Shown: positions 24,949-37,482 of the stretch, piece by piece
Layout: every line of letters begins with the position of its first letter
How positions within the stretch are numbered: position 1 is the stretch's first letter
NCBI GenBank assembly: GCA_051313645.2
Contig: JBNRSN020000001.1
Span: 389,360,001-389,424,000 of the forward strand
DNA length: 64,000 nt
DNA from: Centroscyllium fabricii
Lineage: Eukaryota
Direction: 5' to 3'
Program-made: the position numbers and the translations under genes
The notes under the pieces: generated by a model
Told to the model about the DNA's origin: nothing
What the model saw: the letters and a program-made list of their open reading frames with translations, nothing else
The model's database searches: none

Positions 24949-26352
24949 CTAAGAAAATCTTGCAAGGATGAGCTCCATCCTTGCTTGCCGTCCAGCAACG
25001 TTCTCGCGTAATGGTGGCCCTGGCTGGGGTCGAGCGGCAGCAACCCCGTCCTCCTCNNNNNNNNNNNNNNNNNNNNNNNNNNNNNNNNNNNNNNNNNNNN
25101 NNNNNNNNNNNNNNNNNNNNNNNNNNNNNNNNNNNNNNNNNNNNNNNNNNNNNNNNNNNNNNNNNNNNNNNNNNNNNNNNNNNNNNNNNNNNNNNNNNNT
25201 GCGAGGAGACAGGTGTTGGTCAGGAGGTTGCAAGCCACGGCGCTGGGCCATGTTGTGAAGTTGACAGCAAACCACTACCATTCTGGAGACCCTGGCTGGG
25301 GTGTATTGAAGGGCTCCACCTGATCTGTCCAAGCATCTGAAACGCATCTTGAACAAGCCGATGGTGTGCTCTATAATGCTACTGGTGGAGATGTGTCTGG
25401 AGTTGTAGTTCTCCTCAGCCTCATTGGCTGGCCTCCTGACCGGCGTCATGAGCCAAGTCCTGAGGGGATAGCCCTTGTCTCCAAGTAGCCACCCCGGAAG
25501 CTGGTCCAGCAGTGTGAAGAGCGTAGGCAAGGTTGATTGGCGCAGGACATAGGAATCATGGCAGCTGCCAGGGTACCTGGCACACACATGCACAATCTCC
25601 TTGTTGTGGTCACACACCAGTTGAACATTGAGTGAATGGAACCCCTTGCGGTTGAGAAAAGCTACTGGGTTGTCGTTGGGTGCCCTAAGGGCCACATATG
25701 TGCAGTCAATGATGCCCTGTACCCTTGGGAAGCCTGCCAGATGAGCCATTCCAATCGCTCGGGCCATCACACTTGCGCGATCCCTGGTGAAATGGATGAA
25801 ATTGTGGGCGAGGGCAAAGAGGGCATTGGTTACCTGCGTGATGCAAGTGTGTGCGGCCGACTGGAAGATGCTGCTGATATCTGCTGATGATCCCTGGAAT
25901 GAGCCCGAGGCAAAAATGTTGAGTGCGGTGGTGACTTTGAGGGCCACTGGAAAGGCATGTCTACCTGGTGTTCTGGGCTCCAGCTGTTGCTGCAGCATGG
26001 CGCAGATGTCTGTGACTGCCGCTCGGGAAAGTCGGAGCTGCCTTTGGCACCGCCGCTCACTCATGTTGAGGTAGGTGGCCCTGACTCTGTAGATCCTGTT
26101 TGGGGGGTATCTTCTACGGCGACAGCCTTCCATGCGCTGATGCCTTCTGGCCCGTGCTGCCTCCTGAGAGTCCGCCGGAGCGTTTGGTTCCTGTTGTAGC
26201 TGCTGTAGTTGATGTGGCTCCTGGCGTGGCTGCTGCAGCTGATGTGGCTCCTGCTGTGGCTGCTGCTGTTGCTGCTGCTGCAGCTGTCGTCGCAACTGCT
26301 CCTGCTGGAGATCATCTAATGCCAAGAAGGGAAGGAAGAAAATGCCTCCCAT
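24949..26352 (-). CDS. Harbinger DDE transposase (HARBI1-like nuclease)
   Basis: GIIDCT, NRKGFHSLNVQLVCD, YPGSCHDS, GDKGY, IEHTIG motifs; N-terminal Q-rich repeats; N-run in the acidic tail. Confidence 0.93.
   Translation of the reverse strand: MGGIFFLPFLALDDLQQEQLRRQLQQQQQQQPQQEPHQLQQPRQEPHQLQQLQQEPNAPADSQEAARARRHQRMEGCRRRRYPPNRIYRVRATYLNMSERRCQRQLRLSRAAVTDICAMLQQQLEPRTPGRHAFPVALKVTTALNIFASGSFQGSSADISSIFQSAAHTCITQVTNALFALAHNFIHFTRDRASVMARAIGMAHLAGFPRVQGIIDCTYVALRAPNDNPVAFLNRKGFHSLNVQLVCDHNKEIVHVCARYPGSCHDSYVLRQSTLPTLFTLLDQLPGWLLGDKGYPLRTWLMTPVRRPANEAEENYNSRHISTSSIIEHTIGLFKMRFRCLDRSGGALQYTPARVSRMVVVCCQLHNMAQRRGLQPPDQHLSPRXXXXXXXXXXXXXXXXXXXXXXXXXXXXXXXXXXXXXXXXXXXXXXXXEEDGVAAARPQPGPPLRENVAGRQARMELILARFS
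25057..25199. other. Run of 143 N (gap or masked low-complexity sequence)
   Basis: N characters adjacent to a CTCCTC run (Glu codons on the minus strand). Confidence 0.98.
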
Positions 26353-26889
26353 GGCTGTGCTGGCAGCTTTGGCTGAGGAAGCACTGACTGAGGTGGGGGG
26401 GGGAAGTCAGAGGGCTTTCCCAGGTCACACTGCAGAAGTGTTTGAGGATGCAACCTTCCACAGGTGTGCTGAAGCCTGTTGCAAGTATCCCCAGGACTGA
26501 CACAACAATGTGGGTGCAAATGCCAATGATGGCTGATTAAATGTGAGCCTTCAATGAGGGACCTGCCACAGATACTCAGCAATCCGAGTGTGTTCCCGCT
26601 AGGTTTCACCGAATGGGGTTTCGGGTGGCTGCGTTTGTGTGGGAAACAGCTGAAAATTGCTAAGGGCCATTAAAATGGCATTACACATGCCAATTAAGGG
26701 CCCTTAATGACCTTAACAGCCATCCTCGCCAGCCGCCGGCGGGAAGGATTCGGGGCGGGGAAACAGGCCGCCCGAAAATCCAAAACTGGGGGGGAATCGG
26801 CGGCCTTGGGTGGGAACCAAAATTTTCCTATTTTCAGCTCATGGCCGCTCAAAACCCCGCCTGACGGCAAGATGAAATTACCCCCCATA

Positions 26890-27655
26890 GGGGGAGATTT
26901 TCCCGGAAGTGCGGGAATCTGGCGGGGATTCGTTGGGGCGGGTTCTTGTCCCGCCCACCCAAAGACCTGGGAACACCACGCAATTTTCATTTGATTGATT
27001 AATCAAATCTCTGCGTGCGGGGAGCCGGTGGTAATTGACTCAATCGAGTCGGAGCTCCAGCAGGCTGCGAGGAGCTTGACAGATAGGTCCAGCACTGGTT
27101 GTTGACAGTTCCCATGGAAACACTCCACTGTGACATCACAGTGGAGTGGAGCCAATGGGAAAGGCCAAGTGCTGGTGACTGACAGGTGGGCGGGCGGGAT
27201 CCGAATTTTTGACAGCTAGCCACCGGCTGTCAGCAAATCTGAAAAGGTAAGTTTTATAAGTTTTAGGTCACAGCTGGTCTTGACCCAATGTAGTGACTTA
27301 CTCCTCCAAGGTGCTGAAGGCCTGGGAAGCATTTTGCTCCAGGTCCTTCAACACCTTGAAGGAGAAAGTTACAAAGACCACTGTGCTCCCGCTGGGTTTT
27401 CACCAGCGGGGTTTTAGGATAGCGGAGTTAGGGTGGGAAGGGGGTGAAAATTCCTAAGGGCCCTTAAAATGGCAATACACATGCCAATTAATGGCCCTTA
27501 ATGAGCTGACAAACCATCCCTGTTGGCCGCCGGCGGGAAGGTTTCGGGCAGGGACACAGGGCGGGGGAAAATGTCAAAGCAGCGGGGATCTGGCGGGGGG
27601 GGCGGTCGCGACCCGCTGGTTCCGCTATTTTGCCGGCCGAACCGCCGAAAATCCC
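26890..27655. mobile_element. Non-autonomous Harbinger relative abutting the autonomous copy; right TIR missing
   Basis: 26890-27000 resembles 21410-21530 (GGGGCGGGTT.TTGTCCCGCCC, CACGCAATTTT); 27448-27655 resembles 26652-26858 (AAAATGGCA.TACACATGCCAATTAA.GGCCCTTAATGA). Confidence 0.85.
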
Positions 27656-27946
27656 TTGATTCCATTAGCCTTAAGAAATATATCTAACTCCTTGAATATA
27701 TTTAATAAGTTGGCCTCAACTGCCTTCTGTGGTAGAGAATTCCACAGGTTCACCACTCTCTGGGTGTAGAAATTCCTCCTCATCTCTGTCCTAAATGGCT
27801 TTCCCCTTATCCTTAGACTGTGAACCCTGGTTCTGGACGCCCCAGCCATCGGGAACATCCTTCCTGCATCTAGTCTGTCTAGTCCTGTTAGAATTTTATA
27901 AGTTTCAATGATATCCCCTCTCATTCTTCTAAACTCTAGTGAATAT
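27651..27946 (-). mobile_element. CR1 3' fragment, target of the Gypsy insertion
   Basis: Minus strand YSLEFRRMRGDIIETYKIL...NLWNSLPQ; resumes briefly after 33442. Confidence 0.9.
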
Positions 27947-28872
27947 TGTGGTGTATGTGTACACAGTGCACTATATTGTGAAGCCCGGAACTTCTTGCTG
28001 TGTAAGAATACATTGTATTGTAAAGAAGTTCCAGGCCCCAGTATAAATAAGGGGCGGAGCCACACTCCTCACTTCTCCTGATGACGACCACCAGTAAAGA
28101 CTTGTTTATTTTATCTCTGGTGTCCTTGTATTATTATATGATATAACACACAATAATTGGCGACGAGATAGCGGAACAACCCAGCCTCACACTTGTGGAT
28201 TTCTGTTTAAAAAGAAAACGAAAGCAGAAGCATTCCAGAACCTTCCAGCAGTGGGTGTCGAGCACAGATCTCCACCTGCTGTACAGACAGGCTGCAAAAT
28301 CTGCACTGAGCTAGGCCCAGCACAAAGAAAGACTGCTGAATCTCCAACCAACCATCGAGGACCAGGCTTGGTTCTCCGGTTTCAGCGGACAGAGACGGAC
28401 ACAGAGGTGAAGCCAACACACGGACTGGCTGCAGGTACAACCGTTTACTTTTCTCAAAAACTCTCCCGACCGGCGGCACGACCAAGACTGAGTCATGGAG
28501 CGGGGGAAAAATGGCAAATAAATAGGGTGGAAGTCGAGAAGCCATTGCCGGCAGCGAAGCGCTCAGCACTGATTTCTGAGCCAGGGAAAACATAGAAGGG
28601 TTTTGGCAGCGGGGCACAATCGGCACCGACCAGAAAGCCACGAACACAGAGCAAAGGGTTGCAAGACGCCGTGCAAAAGCTTTGGTGCAGCAGAGGCAAT
28701 TCTGCCACACTTGGGCAAACCAAAGAAATAAATTTGGGCGCGAAAACCCTGGGGAAGAAGGACAAGGGCGGGGAAAAGCGCCATCTTTACTCAGAAAGAG
28801 TGGGAAACCCCGGTGAAGAAGGACAAGGGCGGAAAAAAATCGCCATTTTGGAAAGGATAAAAGGGTTAAGAA

Positions 28873-31800
28873 AATGGCCAGAAATAATAGCTTGGCAGCT
28901 TTTGACAGCGATATTGAGAATTGGGAAACATATATCAACAGAGTCGAGATATATTGCTGAGCTAATGAAATTGATGACAATAAAAAGGCTATAACCGACG
29001 AAACCGATTGACAAGACTTATACACAGATTATCACATTGCTTAAGGAACATTTAAGCCCTGCACCGTTGATAATCGCTGAACGTTTTAAATTTCATCGAA
29101 GCGATCAACATAGAGGGGAGTCAAATGCGGAATACCTCTCTGAATTAAGGAAACTAGCAGACCATTGTCAATATGGAGACATGCGGTCAGAACTGCTAAG
29201 AGATAGATTTGTATGTGGTTTAGTCAGCGAGAGCATGCAAAAGCTGCTCTTAACAAAGAAAGACTTAACTTTGGAAACGGCTTTTAATATAGCCTTGTCC
29301 CACGAATCGACAGATAAAAGTGCAGCAGAAATTCAACACCAACCACGGGAGTGGGAGTATGAGGCTAACAAGATGTCTCAGAGATTTGATAGATGCTACC
29401 GATGTGGCAGAACAACCCACGACCAGAAAAGCTGCTGGTTTAAAGACAAACAGTGTAGACAATGCGGCAAAATTGGCCACATTGCCAGGGTCTGTAGAGC
29501 GGGGAATAAACCGAGTAAAGAAAGTAAAATATCCCCAAAATGGACAAACACCAAGGTCCACAGAGTAACCGAGGGTAGTTCAGACTCGGAGGACGAAAAG
29601 GGTAAAACCGACAACTCCAGCACAGACCTGGGCTCTCGTAAGCTGAACAAGGTCAGCGAAAATGACGATCGTGAGACCATCTGGGTCAAACTTAACATTG
29701 AAAAGGTCCGACTCGACATGGAACTGGACACTGGGTCAGCCCTCACTATTATAAATAAGAGAGACTATGAGCGGCTCTTTTCACATATTCCACTGAAACA
29801 GACGAAGATAACCTTGAAGACGTACACGGGACAGAAAGTATGCCCCAAAGGGAAATTTAAAGTCACCGTACGTTACCGCGGTAGAAATATACCTCACATG
29901 TACATCTACGTCTTACAGAATGGAGGTCCGCCACTACTTGGACGTGAGTGGATCAGGAAAATTCAACTTGACTGGCGCTCCATCCAGGCACTGACCATGG
30001 AGGCCAACAGAGATGCTAGCGACAATCCAGCTAGACTGGTGGAGATACTGGACAGAACAAAAGAGGTATTTCAGGAAGGACTAGGAACCCTTAGAGGTAT
30101 GACCGCCACCATCAAGATCGAAAGAAATGCCACCCCGGAATTCTTTAAGGCAAGACCTGTGCCTTATGCCATTCGCCCGGCCGTGGAGGCGGAATTAGAG
30201 AGCCTCGAGCGGGCAGGGGTACTTTCTAAAGTCGAGTATAGCGAATGGGCCACGACAATTGTACCGGTTATGAAGAAACCCTTAAGGGATACACCTGGGG
30301 AACCACAAAAAGTTTGAATATGTGGGGACTTCAAAGTCACCGTTAACCCAGTACTGCATACAGTACAGTACCCCCTACCCAGAATCGAGGACATATTTGC
30401 CTCATTGGCGGGTGGTAGACGATTCACCAAACTCGACCTGGCCCAGGCATACCTACAAATGGAGGTTGAAGATAAATCCAAAGAGTACCTCACGATAAAC
30501 ACACACAAGGGACTATATAGATACAATAGGCTTGTCTTTGGGGTGGCATCGGCCCCAGCCATTTGGCAAAGAACGTTGGACCAAGTATTACAAGGGATCC
30601 CGGGTACCCAATGCTACCTGGATGACATCCTGGTGACGGGAGAAAGCGATACAGAACACCTGCCGAACTTGGAACAGGTACTCACTCGCCTAAAGGAATA
30701 TGGTCTCCGGGCAAATAGGGAAAAATGTGAATTCTTTAGCAAACGAATCGCATATTGTGGACACATCATAGATGAAGAAGGACTTCACAAGTCCCCGGAC
30801 AAAATTGAAGCGGTAGTGCAGGCGCCAGCTCCGGAAAATGTAACGCAGTTGAGGTCTTTCCTCGGGTTGGTCAACTACTACCACAAATTCCTGCCGAATT
30901 TATCAATGATCTTACACCCACTCAATACCCTCCTTAAGTCAGGAGTGCAGTGGAAATGGAGTGAGGAGTGTAAAAAGGCATTCCAAAAATGTAAAGGGTT
31001 GATTACTTCTAAAGAAGTCCTGGCTCACTTCAACCCAACCCTACCACTGAGGTTGGCATGTGATGCATCACCCTATGGAATCAGGGCAGTGTTATCTCAC
31101 AAATGCTTGGACGGATCAGAAAGGCCAATAGCCTTCGCGTCCAGGTTATTAACCACGGCTGAGCGCAATTACGCGCAGATCGATAGGGAAGCGCTCAGTC
31201 TAGTGTGGGGAGTGAAGAAGTTTAACCATTACTTGCATGGACAGAAATTTACTCTCTTAACGGATCACCAGCCCCTGGTGTCCATCTTCAACCCGACCAA
31301 AGGAGTGCCTGTAATGACAGCACAAAGACTCCAACGATGGGCACTTTTCCTAGGGGCTCATCAATATGACATCGAATACAAGGGCACGAAGCAACATGGA
31401 AATGCCGATGGCCTTTCACGCCTACCACTGCCTGCAGTCGAAGAAGCACCAGTAGTAGATCCGGTAGAGATTTTCCATGCAACTATTGTTGATGCCCTGC
31501 CAGGCACCAATGCCGCGATAGAAACAGAGACTAGGAAGGACTCGACACTGTCGCAGGTGTATGATCTAACGGTATCCAGATGGCCAGCACAGGGCGACCC
31601 ACTGTTGCCAGCATTTTCTGCCAGAAGAGAACAACTGTCAGTGTGCCGAGGAACCCTAATGTGCGGCACACGGGTGATCATTCCTCCCAAACTCCAAGAA
31701 AAAGTTCTCAAAATACTCCATGAAGGACATCTGGGGGGAGTAAAGATGAAAAGCCTCGCCAGGGCATATGTGTGGTGGCCAGGCATAGATAAACAGATAG

Positions 31801-33041
31801 AGGACCTGGCCAAAGGATGCAATGGATGCCAGAAGGTCCAAAACGCGCCGCCGCCAGGGCCCCTACATCCGTGGGAGTGCCCCTCCTCTCCTTGGCAGAG
31901 GGTACACATAGACTTTGCTGGCCCATTCATGAATTCAATGTTCCTTATCGCTGTCGACGCCCACTCGAAATGGCCGGAGGTTATCAAGATGTCCTCTACC
32001 ACTACAGAGAATACCATTTCAGTCTTGAGGACGATCTTCGCCAGAAATGGATTGCTAGAGCAAATATGCTCAGATAATGGGCCTCAATTCGTGGCGGAGG
32101 AATTAAAAACTGTAATGATATTGAGACTTCCGGCAGGAAGTCGGATGAACTCTGCTTATGAACTTCCAGTGACATCACTTCCTGTACATGTCACTTCCTG
32201 TGTAGTAGTATAAATTCTGCTGCTATTCAGTCTGAGATAATGCTTCTCCATGTAAATATGTTAAAACTCTCAACTCTGTAAATAGCTGATTAAAGCTTTG
32301 CTTAAAGTATTTGATGTGTAAGTCGCTTTTGTCACATCAAAAACTTTCATGAAAGTTAATGGAATCAAACACTTCACGTCAGCACCTTATCACCCAGCCA
32401 CAAATGGTCTGGCTGAACGTTTCGTCCAAATCTTCAAGAAAGGTATGAAGGCAATGTGTGACGACAACAGGAAATTGCAACATAAACTTGACTGTTTCTT
32501 GTTTGCGTACAGAAATACGGCGCATTCTGTCACAGGGCAGCCACCTTCGAAACTTATGTACAACCGACGGTTAAGGTCAAAATTGGACCTGGTGAAACCA
32601 AACATAAGAAGGGAGGTAGAAGACCAACAGTACCAGAGGGTATATGAGAAACCCATGAAACCCACTAGAAATTTTCAGGTAGGGCAGCCGGTGTTAGCCT
32701 GAGACTACCGGACAACAGAAAAGTGGCAACTCGGAACGATAAGTGAACGTCAGGGGCCACTTAACTATACCGTGAATGTGGGAGACAACACAGTACGCAG
32801 ACACGCCGACCAATTATTAAACAGATCTCAGTCACACACTCAGACTGAAGAGCACCACAGATCACATGCATATGCTCAGACGGAAGAATACAGCAGCGAG
32901 ACTGAAGACCTCATTGAGGTGCTAGACGATACAAATCATCCCTTAGATGACAGGGAGCCAAGCCCACATAGAGAGCTGGAAACAAGGGAACGACGATATC
33001 CCGTGAGGGATCGAAGACCTCCAAAAAGGCTAAACTTGTAA
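28873..33041 (+). pseudogene. gag-pol of the Mag-like Gypsy: 2 zinc knuckles, protease, RT, RNase H, integrase
   Basis: CYRCG..H....C and CRQCGKIGHIARVC; LDTGS; YLDD; DAS; HEGH..C..C; IDF..SDNG..AER; one frame with TGA at 30315 and 32700; damaged N-terminus. Confidence 0.93.
32111..32339. mobile_element. Solo LTR inside the Gypsy integrase
   Basis: TG...CA ends; 5-bp TSD AAAAC at 32106 and 32340; TATAAA and ATTAAA inside; removal restores ..EELKTFMKVNG.. Confidence 0.92.
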
Positions 33042-33140
33042 TGACAACCAAAGCAATTATCATCAGCGATTGTTTGTTTACTTTTACAAATGGATGTTAT
33101 CCATAAAGACAGGAATTGTAAAAGTAGTGCATTGTTTATA

Positions 33141-33204
33141 GTTAACAAAGATTGTATTGTATATAGTTAACAAAGATTGTATTGTATATAGTTAACAAAG
33201 ATTG
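33141..33204 (+). repeat. 25-bp tandem repeat (2.5 copies) upstream of the PPT
   Basis: GTTAACAAAGATTGTATTGTATATA repeated. Confidence 0.9.
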
Positions 33205-33699
33205 CTGTAAAAACTAAAAGGGGAGGAGTGTGGTGTATGTGTACACAGTGCACTATATTGTGAAGCCCAGAACTTCTTGCTGTGTAAGAATACATTGTAT
33301 TGTAAAGAAGTTCCGGGCCCCAGTATAAATAAGGGGCGGAGCCACACTCCTCACTTCTCCTGATGACGACCACCAGTAAAGACTTGTTTATTTTATCTCT
33401 GGTGTCCTTGTATTATTATATGATATAATAAACAATAAATATAAGTCTAATATAGGCCTATTCCCCGCCTCTTGCGCTCCAGGGGGCAAATGGAGAGCTT
33501 GATTTAGTGCTCCACTTCCCTCTTGGAGCAAAAAATGGGAATTTCTCAAATGTTCGATGAGGTTAGTGCCTGGTGTTAACTTTTCAAACATTTTTGACTT
33601 AGTACCACAAATGGTCTGCTCAGGAATTTCTCCCCCTATGACCTTATATCTGTAAGATAGTAAAATATTTAGAAAGGCAAATGCAGAACATACTAGAAA

Positions 33700-33900
33700 C
33701 TAAACCATGATAGTACGACAAGCACTACACCGGGACGTTTCATCTTCACACAAAGTGTGACCAGTACATGGAATGGATTTCTGAAGAGGGTAATAGAGGC
33801 AAAAACTCTGGTATCATTTAAGAGACAGTTGGGAGTTGGGTGTCATGATGGCAGTGGAGGGGAAATATCTTCTCTTTCTGAATGACCTTCCTCATTTTTA
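33700..33900 (+). mobile_element. Old CR1 3' remnant
   Basis: FIFTQSVTSTWN and SFKRQL remnants of the CR1 C-terminus. Confidence 0.5.
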
Positions 33901-35227
33901 TCCATCTTTTGTTCTTGTGAAAATGTGAACATTTAAATATTTACAAATTTGAAAAACAGCACTCTTCAAAAACGTTCAGAATAGCATTACAGTTCAACAT
34001 TCAAACATGCTGCAATCTTCATTAAAACAGTATACATTTGGACTTTGATATTCATCATTCGCAGTTTCCTTAAATGCATGCTTGAATATGTGATCAGCGG
34101 CACCTTAGCACGCAGCGGATGAGCAGCATTTGTGTAATAAAAATAGCTAAGAACATATTGGGCAGGGTTATTTTGTTTTAATATAGACCTGTTTGAATCA
34201 GAACTTTTATTCACGTGCAACAATATTTAGTGTTAATGGGGACCATGAATTACATATTTGAAAGCATGTATTTAAATGGTCATGGGGGAAAAGGAAATCA
34301 GTATCTGAAACAGGGTAAAATAATTAAATTCAAACACTGTAAGCACCCAAGTGGTTAAAAAGCCTGCCGTCCTTTAGGTGACAGACAGTGTGTTCAGGCA
34401 TGTTTCTGCAAACAGACTGTGAAACCACCTCAATTTAATTACAATTAGCTGAAGCCTTCAGACTGCCCAATGCAGAGCTGAGTAATCGTTTTAGCACTGA
34501 TGCTTGAAGATGTATCGCTTCATTGGCACTGTGGTACTCACCCAGGTTAACCTCCTCACTCTACACTGGGGCTATGGTACTCACCCAGGTTATTTCCATC
34601 ACTCTACACTGGGACTGTCGCACTCATCCAGGTTATTCTCATTACTCTACACTGGGACTGTGATAGTCACCCAGGTTAGTCCCCTCACTCTAGTCTGGGA
34701 CTGTGGTACTCACCCAGGTTAATCCCATCACTCTACATTGGGATTGTGGTACTCACCCAGGTCAGTCCACTCACTCTACACTGGGACTGTGATACTCACT
34801 CAGGTTAGTCCCATCATTCTACACTTAGACTGCTGTACTCACACAGGTTAGTCCCGCTACTCTACACTGAGACTGTGGTACTCACCCAGGTCAGCCCACT
34901 CACTCCACACTGGGACTGTGGTGCTCACCCAGGTTAGTCCAATCATTCTACACTGGGACTCTGGTACTCAGGCAGGTTTATCTCATCACTCTGCACTGGG
35001 ACTGTGGTACTCACCCAGATTAATCCCTTCACTCTACACTGGGACTGTGATACTCACCCAAGTTTGTCCCATCATTCTACACTGGGACTGTGGTACTCAC
35101 CCAGGTTAATCCACTCACTCCACACTGGGACAGCAGTACTCATCCAGGTTAGACCCCTCACTCTACAATGGGACTGTGGTACTCACCCAGGTTAGCCCCA
35201 TCAGTCTACACTGGGACTGTGATACTC

Positions 35228-35612
35228 ATAAAAACATGGAAACAGAGAAGATAGGAGCAGGAGTAGGCCATTCGGCCCCTTGAGCCTGCTCTGCCATTTA
35301 ATGAGATCATGGCTGATCATCCAAATTCAGTACCATGTCCCTGCTTTCTCCCCATAACCCCTTGATCCCTTTAGCCTTAAGTAATATATCTAACTCTTTC
35401 TTGAATCTAAATGGCTTACCCCTTATCCTTAGACTGTGACTCCTGGCTCTGGACTCCCCGACCATCAGGAACATCCATCCTGTATCTAGTCTGTCTAGTA
35501 CCGTTAGAATTTTATAAGTTTCAATGAGATCCCTTCTAATTCTTCTAAATTCCAGCGAATATAAGCCCAATCAAACCAATATCTCCTCATATGTCATTCC
35601 TGCCATCCCAGG
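35228..35612 (-). mobile_element. CR1 3' fragment in satellite (copy a)
   Basis: Minus strand GLYSLEFRRIRRDLIETYK; internal deletion joining GKPFR to FKKELD. Confidence 0.92.
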
Positions 35613-37106
35613 TCATCACTCTACACTGGGACTGTGGAACTCATCGAGAATTGTCTGATCACTCTACACTTGGACTGCGGTACTCAACGACGTTAGTCCA
35701 TCACTCTAAACGGGGACAGTGATACCAACCCAGGTTAGTCCCTTCACTCTACACTGGAACTGTGGTACTCACCCAGGTTAATCCCTAAAATCTACACTGG
35801 GACTGTGGTACTCACCCAGGTTAATCCCATCACTCCACACTGGGACTGTGGTACTCACCCAGGTCAGTCCCATCACTCTACACAGGGACTGTGGTACTCA
35901 CCCAGTTTAATCCCCTCAATCTACACTGGGACTGTGGACTATGGTACTTACCCAGGTTAGTCCCCTTAGTCTACACTAGCACAGTGGTACTCACCCATGT
36001 TAATCCCATCACACCACACTGGGACTGTGTTACTCACCCAGGTTAGTGTAATCACTCTACACTGGGACTGTGGCACTTACCCAGGTTATTTCCATCACTC
36101 TGCACTGGGACTGTAGCACTCATCCAGGTTATTCTCAGTACACTGGGACTGTTGGACTCATCCAGGTTATTCTCATTACTCTACACTGAGACTGTGGTAC
36201 TCATCCAGGTTAGTCCCCTCACTCTACACTGCGACTGTGGTACTCACCCAGTTTAGTCTCATCACTCTACTCTGGCACTGCGGTATTCACTCAGGTTATT
36301 CCCATCACTCTACACTTGGACTGTGGTACTCACCCAAGTTATTCCCATCACCCTACACTGGGACTGTGGTACTCACCCAGGTTAGTCTCATCACTCGACA
36401 GTGGGATTGTGGTACTCACCCAGGTTAGTCCCCTCACTCGCCATTGGGATTGTGGAACTCACCCAGGTTAATCCCCAAAATCTACACTGGGACTGTGGTA
36501 CTCACCCAGGTTAATCCCCAAAATCTACACTGGGACTGTGGTACTCACCCAGGTTAATCCCTAAAATCTACACTGGGACTGTGGTACTCACCCAGGTTAA
36601 TCCCTAAAATCTACACTGGGACTGTGGTACTCACCCAGGTTAATCCCATCACTCCACACTGGGACTGTGGTACTCACCCAGGTCAGTCCCATTACTGTAC
36701 AATAGGACTGCTGTACTAACCCAGGTTAGTCCCGCCACACTACACTGAGACTGTGGTACTCACCCCGGTCAGCCCACTCACTCTACACTGGGGCTGTGGT
36801 ACTCACCCAGGTTAGTCTAATCATTCTGCACTGGGACTGTGGTACTCACCCAGGTTAATCTCATCACTCTGCACTGGGACTGTGGTACGCACCCAAGTTA
36901 GTCCCATCATTCTACACTGGGACTGTGGTACTCACCCAGGTTAATCCACTCACTCCACACTAGGACTGCAGTACTCATCCAGGTTAGACCCCTCACTCTA
37001 CAATGGGACTGTGGTACTCACCCAGGTTAATCCACTCACTCCACACTAGGACTGCAGTACTCATCCAGGTTAGCCCCATCACTCTACAATGGGACTGTGA
37101 TACTCA

Positions 37107-37482
37107 TACAAACATCGAAGATAGGAGCAGCAGTAGGCCATTTGGCCCCTTGAGCCTGCTCTGCCATTTAATGAGATCATGGCTGATCATCCAAATTCAA
37201 TACCGTGTCCCTGCTTTCTCCCCATAACCCCTTGATCCCTTTAGCCTTAAGTAATATATCTAACTCCTTCTTGACTCTAAATGGCTTACCCCTTATCCTT
37301 AGACTGTGACCCCTGGCTCTGGACTCCCCGACCATCGGGAACATCCATCCTGTATCTAGTCTGTCTAGTCCTGTTAGAATTTTACAAGTTTCAATGAGAT
37401 CCCTTCTCATTCTTCTAAACTCCAGCAAATATAAGCCCAATCAAACCAATATCTCCTCATATGTCGTTCCTGCCATCCCAGG
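37107..37482 (-). mobile_element. CR1 3' fragment in satellite (copy b, duplicate of a)
   Basis: Same breakpoints, same internal deletion and same flanking monomer variants as copy a. Confidence 0.92.

Larger units (their letters stand above)
21410..26885. mobile_element. Autonomous-type PIF/Harbinger DNA transposon
   Basis: Imperfect TIRs GGGGGGAATTTT / GAAATTACCCCC enclosing convergent Myb/SANT and DDE transposase genes; TSD not clearly resolved. Confidence 0.92.
27947..33437 (+). mobile_element. Full-length Ty3/Gypsy LTR retrotransposon (Mag-like), inactivated
   Basis: 209-bp LTRs 27947-28155 and 33229-33437 (4 differences); TSD AATAT; PBS TGGCGACGAG at 28158; PPT AAAAGGGGAGGAG. Confidence 0.97.

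Noticed and set aside
24949-26352. Domesticated host HARBI1 gene
   Set aside because: Lies within TIRs, is paired with a Myb partner and has a related MITE alongside, so it is a transposon copy
28207-29025. 272-aa antisense ORF in the Gypsy leader
   Set aside because: Phe/Leu/Ser-rich composition expected from the complement of an A-rich leader; no motif recognised
33950-34520. Unique AT-rich stretch resembling a conserved non-coding element
   Set aside because: Cannot be supported without cross-species alignment
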